Source: Styela clava
Taxonomy: Eukaryota
Assembly: GCF_964204865.1 (NCBI RefSeq)
Contig: NC_135255.1
Location: 992,001-1,056,000 of the forward strand
Reading direction: 5' to 3'
Length of the DNA stretch: 64,000 nt
Shown: positions 12,601-24,168 of the stretch, in pieces
How the letters are laid out: each line of letters begins with the position of its first letter
How positions within the stretch are numbered: the stretch's first letter is position 1
The notes under the pieces: model-generated
Told to the model about the DNA's origin: nothing
Databases searched by the model: none
Seen by the model: only the letters and a program-made list of their open reading frames with translations
Translations under genes and position numbers: made by a program

Positions 12601-14265
12601 TCCTGGATTCCATGCGAAATCGAGGCCCTCAGTATTGCATCTGCTATCACGCACTTTGCTCCCTATATCATCCAATCTGCAAATACTACACGGGTTCTAA
12701 CAGACAGTAAGCCTTGCTAATCGTAATGCACCGGAGTGTTGTACTAATAACTGTCAAATTTGTGCTTTTATTGATGATATCAAGCAACAACCTGTCATGC
12801 GTGAGGTTTCTGCTCACGACATTTTATCAGGCCACACTAAAATGCGTTTACTTCTGGATCTGCCTGGCTTACAATTCAAAAAGAATGTGCGGATCTTCGG
12901 CGAGTCCACGCTCACCTACAACAAGGCACCAGACCATCAAAAAAGTTGACTAGGATCATTGACGTGAAACGTTACCTCATGCATGCCACTATTGCTAGTG
13001 ATGGATTACTTGTTTATCATACATCTCGCCCTTTTTCCTCTCGCCAAGATCGTATTATTATTCCACGTCATTTCGTTGATGCTATTTTAACTGCTTTACA
13101 TATTCGATTAGAGCACCCCTCCGCTCACCAATTGGCATCTGTATTTAATCGTTATTTTTTTTGCTCTTGATTCTGATGCTATGATTAAACATGTTTCTAA
13201 TGCCCGCCATCAATGTGCCTCCCTAAAAAAGTTTGTGTCCCGCCCCATACCACAAACTACCAGTGATAACTTGCCATCCGTCGGATCAATGTTTGCTGCA
13301 GACGTTATTAAACAAAGAAAACAATTGATATTGGTCATACGAGAATGTGTTACCTCTTTCACACGAGCCTGCTTAATTGAAAATGAAAGAGAAGAGACTT
13401 TACGTAATGGTCTTGTGTGTTTAACTTTGGATATGACACCCCTTGATGGCCCACCAGCATTAATACGCACAGACTCTGCTCCTGCCTTTGCTTCGATGGC
13501 GAAAAATAACAGACTAGCCAAGCATCGACTTACACTCGAGCTTGGCCATTCGAAGAACATCAATAAAAATCCCATTGCTGAAAAAGCCGTACAAGAAGTG
13601 CAGGAAGAATTACTAAGACTTGCACCGGACAATCAGCCTGTTTCTCATGTCACATTATCAGTGGCCCTTGCTAATCTTAATTCACGACTACGCAAGAGGG
13701 GATTATCATCACGGGAAATGTGGACCCAAAGAGACCAATTCACTAATCAACAAATTCCCATGGAAGACAGACACATGATTGAAGAACAATATGCTAGTCG
13801 ACTCCAGAACCATAAGTCCAGCCAAAAGTCAAAATGCCGTAACCCTATTCCTATGTCTCCCATGATTCGTGTAGGTGATCTTGTATATTTATATGCTGAC
13901 CGCAAAAAAACTAAAGACCGGGACAGGTACTTGGTTGTGTCTGTCAATGGTGACTGGTGTAATATAAAAAAAATTCATTGGTAATCAGCTTCGAGCCAAT
14001 TCGTACAAAGTTCGAAAGTCTGATTGTTTTTTAGTTTCACCCACATTACCTTCCCCTTCCCAAGTTATACTTCAACTCTGAGGATTTCTATCCTCCGCTA
14101 CAACCAAGCTCATTTGTAGGTTTACTCCCCCAATTACCTACTGCGAATGTTCCCCCTCCTGAACCACCAGAATTATTTTTGCAAGATGGCCCAGCACCAC
14201 AATCTCGCTACCCCCGTCGTGAGCATCGTAAGCCTTCATATTTGAGTGATTACATTTTAGAATAA
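9660..14265 (+). pseudogene. Frameshifted gag-pol polyprotein of the LTR element
   Basis: Gag start MAAVKAPKQW, Zn knuckle CPLC-x8-H-x4-C, protease LDTGA, RT (DLTSAFYQI...KIADDLYCGG), RNase H (LWLVTDGS), integrase (H-x4-H, FAADVIK, RTDSAPAF, AEKAVQE), C-terminal SRYPRREHRKPSYLSDY*. Split over ORFs starting at 9660, 9911, 10194, 12055, 12946 and 13181. Confidence 0.9.
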
Positions 14266-15332
14266 GCCCGGTTTTGCATTTGTTTTGATTACAGTTTCGT
14301 TTACTATGGCATTCGGTTTTTAAGAAACCTATACTTTCTCGTCATTCTACTAAGTTTTAGTAATTTTTTTTCATAGTAATACCCATTATGGGAGCATGCG
14401 CCAGTTATATAATAACGAGTGTTTGTCCTTTATTGTGTGATAATAAGTGTTTGTACTGCCGACGCATCTAAAGCGTCGACTGATTATGATATGCCTCGCT
14501 GATTTCGTTTTCCTCGTATTATTTCTCTCGCGCAATTGCGCGTGTTATCGTGGATAATAAATTCATTCCTGTCTTGGATTTCATACAAGACGTTGCTTGT
14601 TTTTCTGTGTAAGGTCTTTGGCGTTGTAAGATAATTACGACCTATTACTGGCCTATTACTATTTCCAAAATCTTGATATAAAATAGTAAAAACATAAAAA
14701 GTCTGCTTACAAACTTCATAGGGCGGGCCGCAAAAAAACAGTTCGGCGGGCCGCGGGTTGGGCAGCCTTGCTTCATCTTTCCTTTCCAAAAACACATTTT
14801 ACCAGTGGCGGCGCGTCAATAGGGCCAACCGGGGCAATGCCCCGGTTGTTTTTTCGGTATAATAAAAAATATTCGAAAAATACCTCAATATCGGTTGCAC
14901 AGACTGTCTACACTAGCCATATTCTCCCGACATGGTTCATTTTTCGCTCGCAAAGCCTTCGCCGAACGTCGACGGGGCGACGCCGATTTTTCCCCGGTTG
15001 CTCATTGTATATCGTGTTCTCTCTTCTATCTTCCACTCGCCGCGTTTGTCTCGTTTGTTTTCTGTTTCTTTTACTAAATCATCGGGGCTAGCCCCGAAAT
15101 TATGACGACACAATGCCAACGTTTCTTACAACAACGTGTTGACATATTCAGGCATTCCTTCTCGTTCGTTGGTTGCTTGAAGAGTTGATAGTTTCCTCGC
15201 CTTCGTTTTTGTCGCTTGTTTCGCTATTTGAATCAGTTAGAGACCTTTAGTCCATTTGCTTTCGATTTTCCACATTCCTTTTGAGCTCCTCACTTCTTTC
15301 CGGCTTCGCATTTCTTAGCCTTAGACCTCATA

Positions 15333-18300
15333 ATGAATAAGGTTGATGCACTACTTCGCACTCCGTTTTCGCAGCTGCCGCTGGAACAAAAATTAGAGGT
15401 ACAACGTCTTGGGCCTTATCAACCTAAAAATTGTTCACTGGAACAATCCCATGACGGAGGAAAGCGTCGGCGTACATTCTGCGCAGAAACTTGGTATAAA
15501 AAACACGAATGGTTGTGTTACAGCGAGGACAAAAATGCACTTTTTTGTTTTTATTGCCTACTTTTTGCTACCGCCCGTGACTCACGTTGGTGTAAATTTG
15601 GTTTTAGAGATCTTAAACATCTTTCCGGGCGTGCCAGGGATCATCAATCTTCTATGGAGCATCTGGACAATGCAGTAAAATACCGAACATTCGGAAATGT
15701 TAATATTGCAGCACAGTTGGATGAAGGACGCGCGGTTTCTATTCGTCGGCACAACCAAAACGTCTTGAAAAACCGCTATGTTCTCGGTCGATTGATAGAT
15801 GTTTTGAAGTTCATTGGTTGTCACGAGATGTCCCTCCATGGGCACGATGAACGGGCTGGCTCTTCTAATAGAGGGGTATTTTTGGATATGGTGGAATACA
15901 CCGCACCGCATACAGTATTGAGAGATCATCTTGATGCCGCAACTGTTTCGAAAGGGACATCTAAGGATATCCAAAATGATTTGCTCGACTCAATGTATAA
16001 AATTTATTTACAACATTTGGCTCTGGAAATTGAGAATTGCCAGTTTCTTTCGATTCAGTCTGACGAGACAACTGACATCACGTGCGTTTCCCAACTGGCT
16101 GTGATTTTTCGGTTTGTGAAAGATGGTAAACCTACCGAGAGATTTCACAGCTTTGTACCAATCGTTGATCGCACGGCTTGCGGGATATCGGCTGTACTGA
16201 AAGAAGTGTTACAGCCTTACAACGCGAAGTCAAAATTGATAATCCAATCCACGCGTGGTGCAGGGCGTGTCCGAAATTAGGTCTGAGCTCATTGAGTGTT
16301 CCAATGGCATTCAGAGCTCTCCGGTTTGGGACGATTGACCCCAAAAATTTTTCAAAATTTGCACGTCAATTTCCCATCCATTTGTTGGCTACTGTCTCCA
16401 AATTTTACCCATGATAAACGTGGGTAAATTGGAAAATGAATTGCGATGTATATACATAGGCTTACCGTACGTCCCGGTTTAGCCGGGACAGTCCCGTTTT
16501 TAACAAGCTGTCCCGGCGTCCCGGCCGGTAGACTCAAATGTCCCGGTTTGGCAGCTCGGCTGCCATGGGTAAAAGTTCATATTCAATATTATTATAATTT
16601 TTTTTTATTGAAGACAGCCCACTTACCACCACTGATTTGCGACACACTTTACATGTTCAGAGAGAGAGAGAGAGAGAAATTTGTCTATTGTTATGTCACA
16701 ATTGTGATATGTTTTAATGCGTCACCTGACGTTAACTGCTCTGCCGTTAAGTTGTCGAAATGCCAAAAAGAAAGTGCAAATTTTCCAATGAGTTGAAGAG
16801 AGATTTTCCTTATTTGAAGCAAACTGAAGGAGGAAAAACACTTTGTACTCATTGCAGATCTGTTTTTTCTATTAGTCATGGCGGTCGTTCAGATGTCAAC
16901 GATCATCTCCAAAGCAAGAAGCACCAATCATTATCGGCTCGACTCACCAACTTCTTTGCGATAATAAATTCGAAAGATTCTTTGTTTTTGGCAGCCAAAA
17001 GGCCACAGTTGCCTATCATACTGCTGTTCATGGCCAAAGTTTTCACTGCACCTCTAACTTAATTTCAAATTTTTTTTAGCCTAAATTTGCATTAGCCAGA
17101 ACTAAATGCGAGTCGGTGATTGTTAATTGCATTGCTCCACTGCTATCCTCTGAACTCGTATCAGTAACCATCGGTGCATTAAGCAGAAAAGATTTATAGC
17201 TTGTTCCAGTTGTGGTTCGTTATTTTTTACCTGATGTTGGTGTGAAAAAAACTATTAGAATTCAAATGTTTACCCGGGGAAACCGCCGAAACTTTTACTG
17301 AATACTTGCTCTCTGTTCTCGATCAAAAACATTTGAAAGGAAGAGTTGTTGGATTCTGTGCGGATAACTGCAACACCTACGTAGGAGGCGTAAAAAGACG
17401 CGGTACAAATATTGTTTATTTCAAACTGAAAGAAAGCACAAATTTTACATTTACACTGTCCGAGTAACAGAACTGAAATCATTCTGCGACTTTGTTGATA
17501 TTGAATATCAACGGCTATTGCAGCATGGCAACATTCGGTTTCTCTCATTATTACCTGCTCTGTAGAGGATTACGGAAATTGAAGGCTTGAAAAGTTATTT
17601 CAATTCTCTAGAAGGATGCCCGACTCTTCTACAAAAATGTTTCGACGATCCAGCGTACGAACTTTACTTGAAATTTGTCCTTGGCCAGCTCACCTACTTC
17701 AAAATTGTTCTCATTTTGGAAAAAGATAATACTAATGCTGTAGATGTTGCAAATATTTTGCCTGAGTTGAAGCAAGAAAAAATGGAAAGTGTGTTTATTC
17801 CATCGCAAGCGATGGATAAAGAAATATTTATCCGAGCATAGATCAAATGCAATTTGGCTTACTTTGCCCGTTGAGGATAAGTGGATAGAAATGTTCAAGA
17901 ATTTTTCAAGCAAAAACATTAGTATTTTGAATTTGCCGAAAATTATTGAATTTGTATTTTGTTTGCCTGAAACATCGGCATCTGATGAACGGCTTTTCTC
18001 AATTGTTAAAATTTTTTGGTCTGAAAGCAGGGGCGGAATGCTAGAAGAAAATATTAGCACTCGTCCCTTGCAAAATTAATGGGGATCTGCCATGTTATCA
18101 GTTTTATGACAAAATCAAATCGAACCAAGTATTTTTAAGAAGCGTTCTTTCTGCGGACAAATACTTTTGGTCTAAATAAATAATACAAACTAATTTTTTG
18201 TGTTTTCCTAATTTAAAGACCAGTAAAGATTAACAGCTGTATATACCCTCAATGGCATGGTAGAAGTTTTAATATTACTAAGATTGGCAATAGACTGAAT

Positions 18301-18696
18301 GTTTGCCAAATCGCACCGTCCCGGTTTTTTGTTTCAGATATATGGTAAGCCTATATATACACCAATCAAACTTTTTTGAACATCACATCAACTTGCGCGC
18401 TCTATGGGTTCCTCATAGATAACACTCTAGTAACTACCTTTGCGGCGTCTGCAAAATTTCTGAACATCATTTTGACGACGCCTATTTCTTTCGCCGAAGC
18501 AGAGCGAACATTCAGCACGCTGAAGCGTATTAAAACGTATCTCAGAAACACAATGAAGCAAGATAGATTAAATTTCTTGGCTGTTTTATCCATCCACAGA
18601 GACGTTATGTCTGGGATGCATGACTTTAATCAGCGCGTTATTGAGCATTTTGCTTCCAAGAAACCGCGGCGTGTTGCATATATGTTCAAGCAGTAG
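15333..18696 (+). pseudogene. ZMYM1-like hAT transposase remnant (TTF-type Zn finger, DUF4371-like region, hAT dimerisation domain), deleted and interrupted
   Basis: WLCYSEDKNALFCFYCLLF, SIQSDETTDIT and ERTFSTLKRIKTYLRNTM. Internal deletions relative to copy 2 and an insertion at 16457-18353. Confidence 0.88.
16457..18353 (+). mobile_element. Blackjack-like hAT transposon with decayed transposase, nested in hAT copy 1
   Basis: TIR taggcttacc / ggtaagccta with TSD TATATACA (16449-16456 / 18354-18361); the empty site is visible in copy 2. Subterminal gtcccg repeats. Transposase fragments MPKRKCKF...CTHC...HLQSKKH and CLPETSASDERLFS. Confidence 0.9.
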
Positions 18697-19369
18697 AAGT
18701 CTAGCAGCATATATATCTATGAGTGAGCGACGCATGTCCTTATCTTTGCATTATTTTTCCTTTCTTCATAGTAACGTTTTAAACCTTATTTTAGGTTTTG
18801 TCTGCTTTCCCGAAGTTTCTGTTAATATGTCATTGTATTTATCTGGGTAAATATTGCCTTTCCTTTTGAAAGCGGTTTCAAAATAAACTATGTCTATATT
18901 TATTAATCCCTTGACTTGGACCGGTTTTAAAGACACTTTCTTATCGTTAAAAATTGTCGCTTTTGCCGATTGGTTGTTACCGATGGAATGGTTTTTATAC
19001 TCATAAAATGATGGGAGAACTTACAGCGCTCATCCTGTCCCCGTAGATGGGGGTGACTTGGTCCCGCAGTAGCTTGCCCCGGTTGTCAAAATGACCACGC
19101 GCCGCCACTGCATTTTACACTGAAAGCAGTTCGCAGGGATAAAAGCATCAAAAGTAAGAGGTAAGGGGTAAAAGAATTATTATTCAATTCCACGAATTCT
19201 ATTAATTTACAACAAGCATTTTCTATGTGACTAACAGTTGAGGTTGCGTGAAACTAACTACCTTTCCTTGCTCTCTATGCCTTTGCGCAGATGGATCCGT
19301 ATGCTTATTACGCAAGGATGCTGTAGCAAGAGTGTAAATGGCTATTCTATTCAATTCAAAAGTCTTGCT

Positions 19370-20470
19370 GCACACGAACACAAATATATTTCTGTAACGT
19401 TTCGTCTGACCGAGGTCAGACTTCTTCAGACAAGCATTTTACAACTATAACAAGAAACGCAATTGCATGCACATAAATATTGGTTTCAAATGTTGGGTCT
19501 GTTTGCGATAGAGAGATATAAATAAAATTGGGACAGTGCCAGAACAATAGGGAAGCTAAATTTGATTTAAAATCAATAGATACCCCACAGTGTAGTGAGT
19601 GACAATTAAAAAGAAAATTAAACAATTTCATGCTGTTATCCCGTAACTCCGACTGTGGTATCTCCTAAGTTCATTAAGGGTCATGGCTGCAATCTAAGTA
19701 AATGAACATAACCGCGAAATAGAAATCAAGTGTAAGTGACAATGAAATGTAATGTTCAAATTAGCATAAATTGTGAATTTATCCATCTTTTAAATTCATC
19801 CCTAGTGGTTCTAATGTTTTGAATTTGTTAATAAAATAGGTTTCTTTCGTTTGCCGGTATACTTGATCTCGATATAGTTTTTCTATTCCAATTACCAGAA
19901 AGTCGTTGATGGAATGGCCTGATTGATTGAAATGTTTGCCAACTGCAAGATCTTTGTTTTTTTGATTGATGCTTCTAATGTGTTCTGTAATTCTGTATTT
20001 TAAATGTCTGCCTGTTTCACCGACGTACTGCATGCCACATTTTCTACAGGTTATCAGGTATATGACATTTTCTGAATTGCACGTTATTCTTTGATTGATG
20101 TTCATTTGAAGTCTTGTGACGCTGCTAATGCTTGTTTTAGTTTCCTCTGAATATTTGCAGGTTGAGTATGATTTCCTGTTGCATTTATAGAAGCCTGATT
20201 TTACTTCTCTTGATGATTCCGGTTTCAACTTGGCCCGAACTAGTCTGTCCCGTAATGTTGGGCACTTTCTGTATGCAATTTTGGGGGCGTGCCGGGAAGA
20301 TGTTTCTCAGTCTTTCGTTGTTGTCTAGTATGTATTGATATTTAGAGAAAATGTTTCCGAAGTTTGGTTGATTAGGATGGTAATTAGTAACGAAAGGCAA
20401 TAGTTGTTGATCATTGTGTTTTATTTTTGGTGTTAACAGTGAATCTCTAGTTATTTCTTTTACCATGCCT
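19370..20470 (-). mobile_element. 5'-truncated Penelope-like retroelement (linker, GIY-YIG endonuclease and 3' terminal region)
   Basis: ORF 19779-20228 contains NVIYLITCRKCGMQYVGETGRHLKYRITEH...LEPLGMN. The frameshifted upstream ORF 20185-20466 contains PFVTNYHPN. A hammerhead lies downstream. Confidence 0.88.
19392..19434 (-). ncRNA. Minimal type I hammerhead ribozyme in the Penelope-like element terminal region
   Basis: Minus strand reads tgt-CTGAAGA-a-gtctgacc-tc-ggtcagac-GAAA-cgtt-aca: CUGANGA and GAAA cores, long stem II, palindromic AACGTT stem III and short stem I. Confidence 0.75.
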
Positions 20471-21285
20471 ATTGTTTTGTCAATCGAGCCGTAGATTCCA
20501 TAATATTGTTTACCAACCTTGATGTTTTTCGGGGTTTAATCTTCTGATAGAGTTAGGGGTGACTAATCACATATCAGAGGCACGTTTCGTGTTGTGTCAC
20601 ATCAAAAATCCATATCGTACACAAGGGACACACTAAGATTACTCCGTATATTTCTTACTTAACATATAAACCTTTGCCAAACTAGATTTAATGTGATCGT
20701 TACACCCCAACACAGGAAAGCCTGTAATCAGCGCGTTTCGGATATTTCTCATAAAACATACCAGTCCCTCAGCTGAATATTTAGACTGAATGAAAAGAGA
20801 TGGGCAGCACACATTTACATTTACACGAGTCAGTAGTTTAGCCATGCTATAGCTACTTGATTACGTCAGAGTCGACTTTAGTCTTTATAATTTTTTACCA
20901 TTCAAATGTTTTTTTACCCTCCATTTTCCCCATATACCTGTATCTATTTTTTATTTTGTGGTGGGACATTTGCAGGGTTGTACATGAGAATGGGATTTCC
21001 CAGACTTGACCATGGAAAACGGCCTTGGGGATGGGGCGGCACAGAAAATTTTTGTCCCATGAACAAGCCTGAGTATTCACCTGGGCCTAGTTAAGTCCGG
21101 ATTTCCCTAGGAGCTCTTGTATATTTCTTTTTTATTCCTATATTCGTGGCCCTCATTGGGATTTCTATTGAAATCTCCAGTTTTATTGATAGGGATTTTG
21201 ACGGACTTTAGTAGCGGAAATGACAAGTCTTAATCACATCGGAATGTTTAGGTGTTAGCTGAGCATCCAGCAGATCGGCGGGTAG

Positions 21286-21883
21286 CGATTGACTTGATTC
21301 TGCACCGGTTGGATTGTATTTTTTTCATATTTCCGCTTGAGCTTCTGTATACAGACCTGATTCGATATGAAATCGCAAATGTTGCCCTTCATAGTCAAAG
21401 AACAAATCTCTCAGAAATATTTTTTATTGCACAGACATAGCTGTTATGTAAAATTCTATCTCCGTATTAAGACAAACCTTTCTTTATTGGTTAATTTCTT
21501 TACATGCTGCTTTTATACGGAAAAGTTATTGCATTTTAAGCAGGGCCTATTCGCCCGATTCGTGTCGTAGAATTGAAACTACTGCAGCTTTATCGATTGT
21601 TAGATAATTTTCTTGCTAGACATTACTCGATGATGGATATTTTTTCATTCTATTCGTCGTCCAACAGGGATTCGCCGTTTCCGGTTCTACCTGGGTTGAA
21701 TAATGAGACTACAAAGCTTGATTGTGATTCATTTAAAATGAGGAATCGATCAAAAGTGAAAAAACTTTTACTAAAAATTTTTTCAACAGTACCGTCGCAA
21801 TAGAAATTTCATTGAAAAACACCGCGATTATTATATTCTGGTAATGCAAAATAACATATAGAATAGCATAAAATATAATCACA
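21286..21883. repeat. Direct repeat copy A, immediately 3' of the AKR stop
   Basis: Aligns with 23723-24168 from cgattgacttgattctgcac to taatcaca, with ~160 bp extra in this copy. Confidence 0.85.
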
Positions 21884-21899
21884 AAAACATTTTTTCTGT

Positions 21900-22862
21900 C
21901 TATTGTGGCAAGAGTTCCGCGGGATCAAACGGAAAATATTTATGAGTTTCGAAAAAGGAATCTTTGCAGGGCATTATTCTCAAATGCCTATCGAGTTCTT
22001 TGATCTTGACAAGGTCAAGGTCTTCAAGAGAGAAGTCAAATATTTCGAAATTTTCCTGGATTCTTCTGGGATTTACACTTTTAGGAATGACTGACGTGCC
22101 TCTGTTTACCAAGTACCGAATTATGACTTGTCCAACTGATTTTTTATATTTTTCCGCCAACTGTTTCAAGACGGGATCATCGAGAACGTTTATTCCTGCT
22201 TTTATGACCCATGGTCTACCAGGAGATGCAAAAGGACTGTATGATGTGACTGCTATTCCTTTTGACTTGCAAAAGTCCAGCATTTGTTTTTGATCCAAAT
22301 AAGGATGAAATTCTATCTGATGTACTGCGGGAATGACTTGTGCATGACCTAGCAGACGACTGAGTTGGTCGAGGTTAAAATTTGATATCCCGATTGCTCG
22401 AACTTCACCAGATTTATAAATCTCTTCAAAAACCTTCCACGTATCAACGTAATCTATTGACTCATCGAATGGCGAATGAGAACCTCGTTTAAGAGCCTTT
22501 CCATCGTATTTCAGTCCAAAGGGCCAATGTATCAAAAACAAATCCAAATAATCCAGCTTTAGCTTGCGAAGACTTAAAGCTAAACCTTCTTTAACATGTT
22601 CAGGTGATTGGAACGCAGACCAAAGTTTGCTTGTTATAAACAAATCACTTCTTTTAACATCCCCTTTGCTGATGGCGTCATTTATCGCATCGCCAATGAT
22701 ATCTTCGTTGCAATATATTGCAGCACAATCAAAGTGGCGATATCCCACGCTGATTGCATATTTAACAGCATTTTTCAGATCTTGGGGTTTGGAGAGCGAA
22801 GTCCCTAGACCTGTGACAGGCATTTTACTTCCAGTATTTAGTGTAATGAATTTTGGCATCAT
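21900..22862 (-). CDS. Aldo-keto reductase family 1 (AKR1A/1B-like) oxidoreductase, intronless, 320 aa
   Basis: Uninterrupted ORF with GYRHFDCAAIY, FITSKLW, LDLFLIHWP, AIGISNF, QIEFHPY and VIPKSVNPRRIQENF. Catalytic tetrad D/Y/K/H intact. Confidence 0.95.
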   Translation of the reverse strand: MMPKFITLNTGSKMPVTGLGTSLSKPQDLKNAVKYAISVGYRHFDCAAIYCNEDIIGDAINDAISKGDVKRSDLFITSKLWSAFQSPEHVKEGLALSLRKLKLDYLDLFLIHWPFGLKYDGKALKRGSHSPFDESIDYVDTWKVFEEIYKSGEVRAIGISNFNLDQLSRLLGHAQVIPAVHQIEFHPYLDQKQMLDFCKSKGIAVTSYSPFASPGRPWVIKAGINVLDDPVLKQLAEKYKKSVGQVIIRYLVNRGTSVIPKSVNPRRIQENFEIFDFSLEDLDLVKIKELDRHLRIMPCKDSFFETHKYFPFDPAELLPQ

Positions 22863-23722
22863 CTACAATGAAGTTTGGCTAAATAAGTATGAGTTATGGC
22901 TGTATATATGCAAAGAGAGATAAATTCCCATCTATCGCAGCACTATTTGTAACCGATTTGGTTTACCTTGATCTAACTGAACGAGATGTGCCTAAAATGC
23001 CTGATACGTAATACGTAATTTTGTTTTCCTCAATGCCGATTCTGTCGTGGCTATGCCTTTTTGAAACTGTAAAAATATCACTAAATAAAGTTTCAGAAAA
23101 TGTGATCAATTATAATATTTGAACTGCATGTGATATTTTATTCATGATATTATATACAGGTATTCACTCTTTACAATACATTATCTCATGAGCGTTGTGC
23201 TTGGATTTAAAATATTCATTTGATGTTTCGTGAATTAAAATTCGAAAATACTTGTAAGACTCTTCATTGTCGATAAAAACTATAAAACTAGTTTTGTTTT
23301 TCGATTTGTATTATTTTTTCCTGATTTTGCCCTAATATTTCATCTAATCATACAATACAATCGACTGATGACTTCATGCGACTGAAACTCATTCGATGTA
23401 ACTGCAAACCATACTAATGAATTATATAATTTGAGTAACTTCCGCATTCTTAGGTGCCTAAAGTTTTACATCATCAACACTGGTGGGAATCCTAACTTGA
23501 ACTTTAAGAGTATGATAGAATACAGGAAAATTGTCCGCGTATTATCCTATTACGACTTCAGCCTGTAACTGGTATCGAGTCTCGACAAGCTTTCACTACT
23601 TACCGATATACGTTATTTACATAATGTTGTTTACCACGGTGTCGGACTCCGAATGCAGGTTATGTTTGTGTTGTGAGAAAAGTAAACATAAGCGTCCGGA
23701 GGGAATTAAGCATGGCCAATAA

Positions 23723-24168
23723 CGATTGACTTGATTCTGCACTGGTTGGGTTGTATTTTTTTTTATAATTCCGCTTGAGCTTCTGCATTCAGACCGGTTC
23801 GATATGAGTCCGCAAATGTTGCCCTTCATAGTCAAAGAACAAATCTCTCAGAAATAATTTTTATTGCACAGGCATGCATACCTGTTACCTAAAATTCCAA
23901 ACCCGTATTAAGACAAACCTTTCTTTAGGGGTTAATTTCTTTACATGTTGTATACTTGTATACGGGAAAATTATTGCATTGAATGAGACTACAAAGCTTG
24001 ATTTTTATGCAAGTCGGTTTGAAATGAGAAATCGAATGAAAGTGAAAAAACTTTTACTAAAATTTTATTAACAGTACCCTCGCGAAGGGAATTTCATTGA
24101 AAAACACCGCGATTTTTATTTTCTGGGTAATGCAAAATAACATGTAGAATGTAATAAGCATAATCACA
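23723..24168. repeat. Direct repeat copy B, upstream of the AKR gene
   Basis: Shares long blocks with copy A, e.g. gcaaatgttgcccttcatagtcaaagaacaaatctctcagaaata and gaatgagactacaaagcttgatt. Confidence 0.85.

Larger units (their letters stand above)
9351..14652 (+). mobile_element. Near full-length Gypsy-like (probably Troyka-type) LTR retrotransposon; LTRs 9351-9604 and 14399-14652
   Basis: ~254-bp direct repeats with only a few differences, terminal inverted motif cgccagt...actggcg, PBS immediately after the 5' LTR, and gag-PR-RT-RH-INT domain order. Confidence 0.95.
8865..14770. mobile_element. Charlie/Buster-type hAT MITE split by the LTR retrotransposon
   Basis: Imperfect TIRs aaggcctgcccaacc (8865) / ggttgggcagccttg (14770) with subterminal gcgggccgc motifs. 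TSD not conserved. Confidence 0.55.
14803..19110 (+). mobile_element. hAT DNA transposon (Tip100/ZMYM1-like), copy 1, defective, carrying a nested second hAT
   Basis: 14-bp TIR cagtggcggcgcgt / acgcgccgccactg with 8-bp TSD CATTTTAC (14795-14802 / 19111-19118). Confidence 0.95.

Noticed and set aside
14768-15119. ORFs in the hAT 5' subterminal region (also 55969-56223)
   Set aside because: They recur only because the transposon is duplicated and have no recognisable domain.
15333-16280. Host ZMYM1 gene
   Set aside because: It lies between TIRs with TSDs, is present in two defective copies and has no introns, so it is a transposase rather than a domesticated gene.
20565-20610. Second possible hammerhead (GAAACGT on the minus strand) near the Penelope fragment
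   Set aside because: No intact CUGANGA core in a valid arrangement.
23361-23397. Hammerhead-like string tcga-CTGATGA...GAAAC...tcga upstream of AKR
   Set aside because: Stem II cannot pair and there is no associated retroelement. Probably chance or fully decayed.
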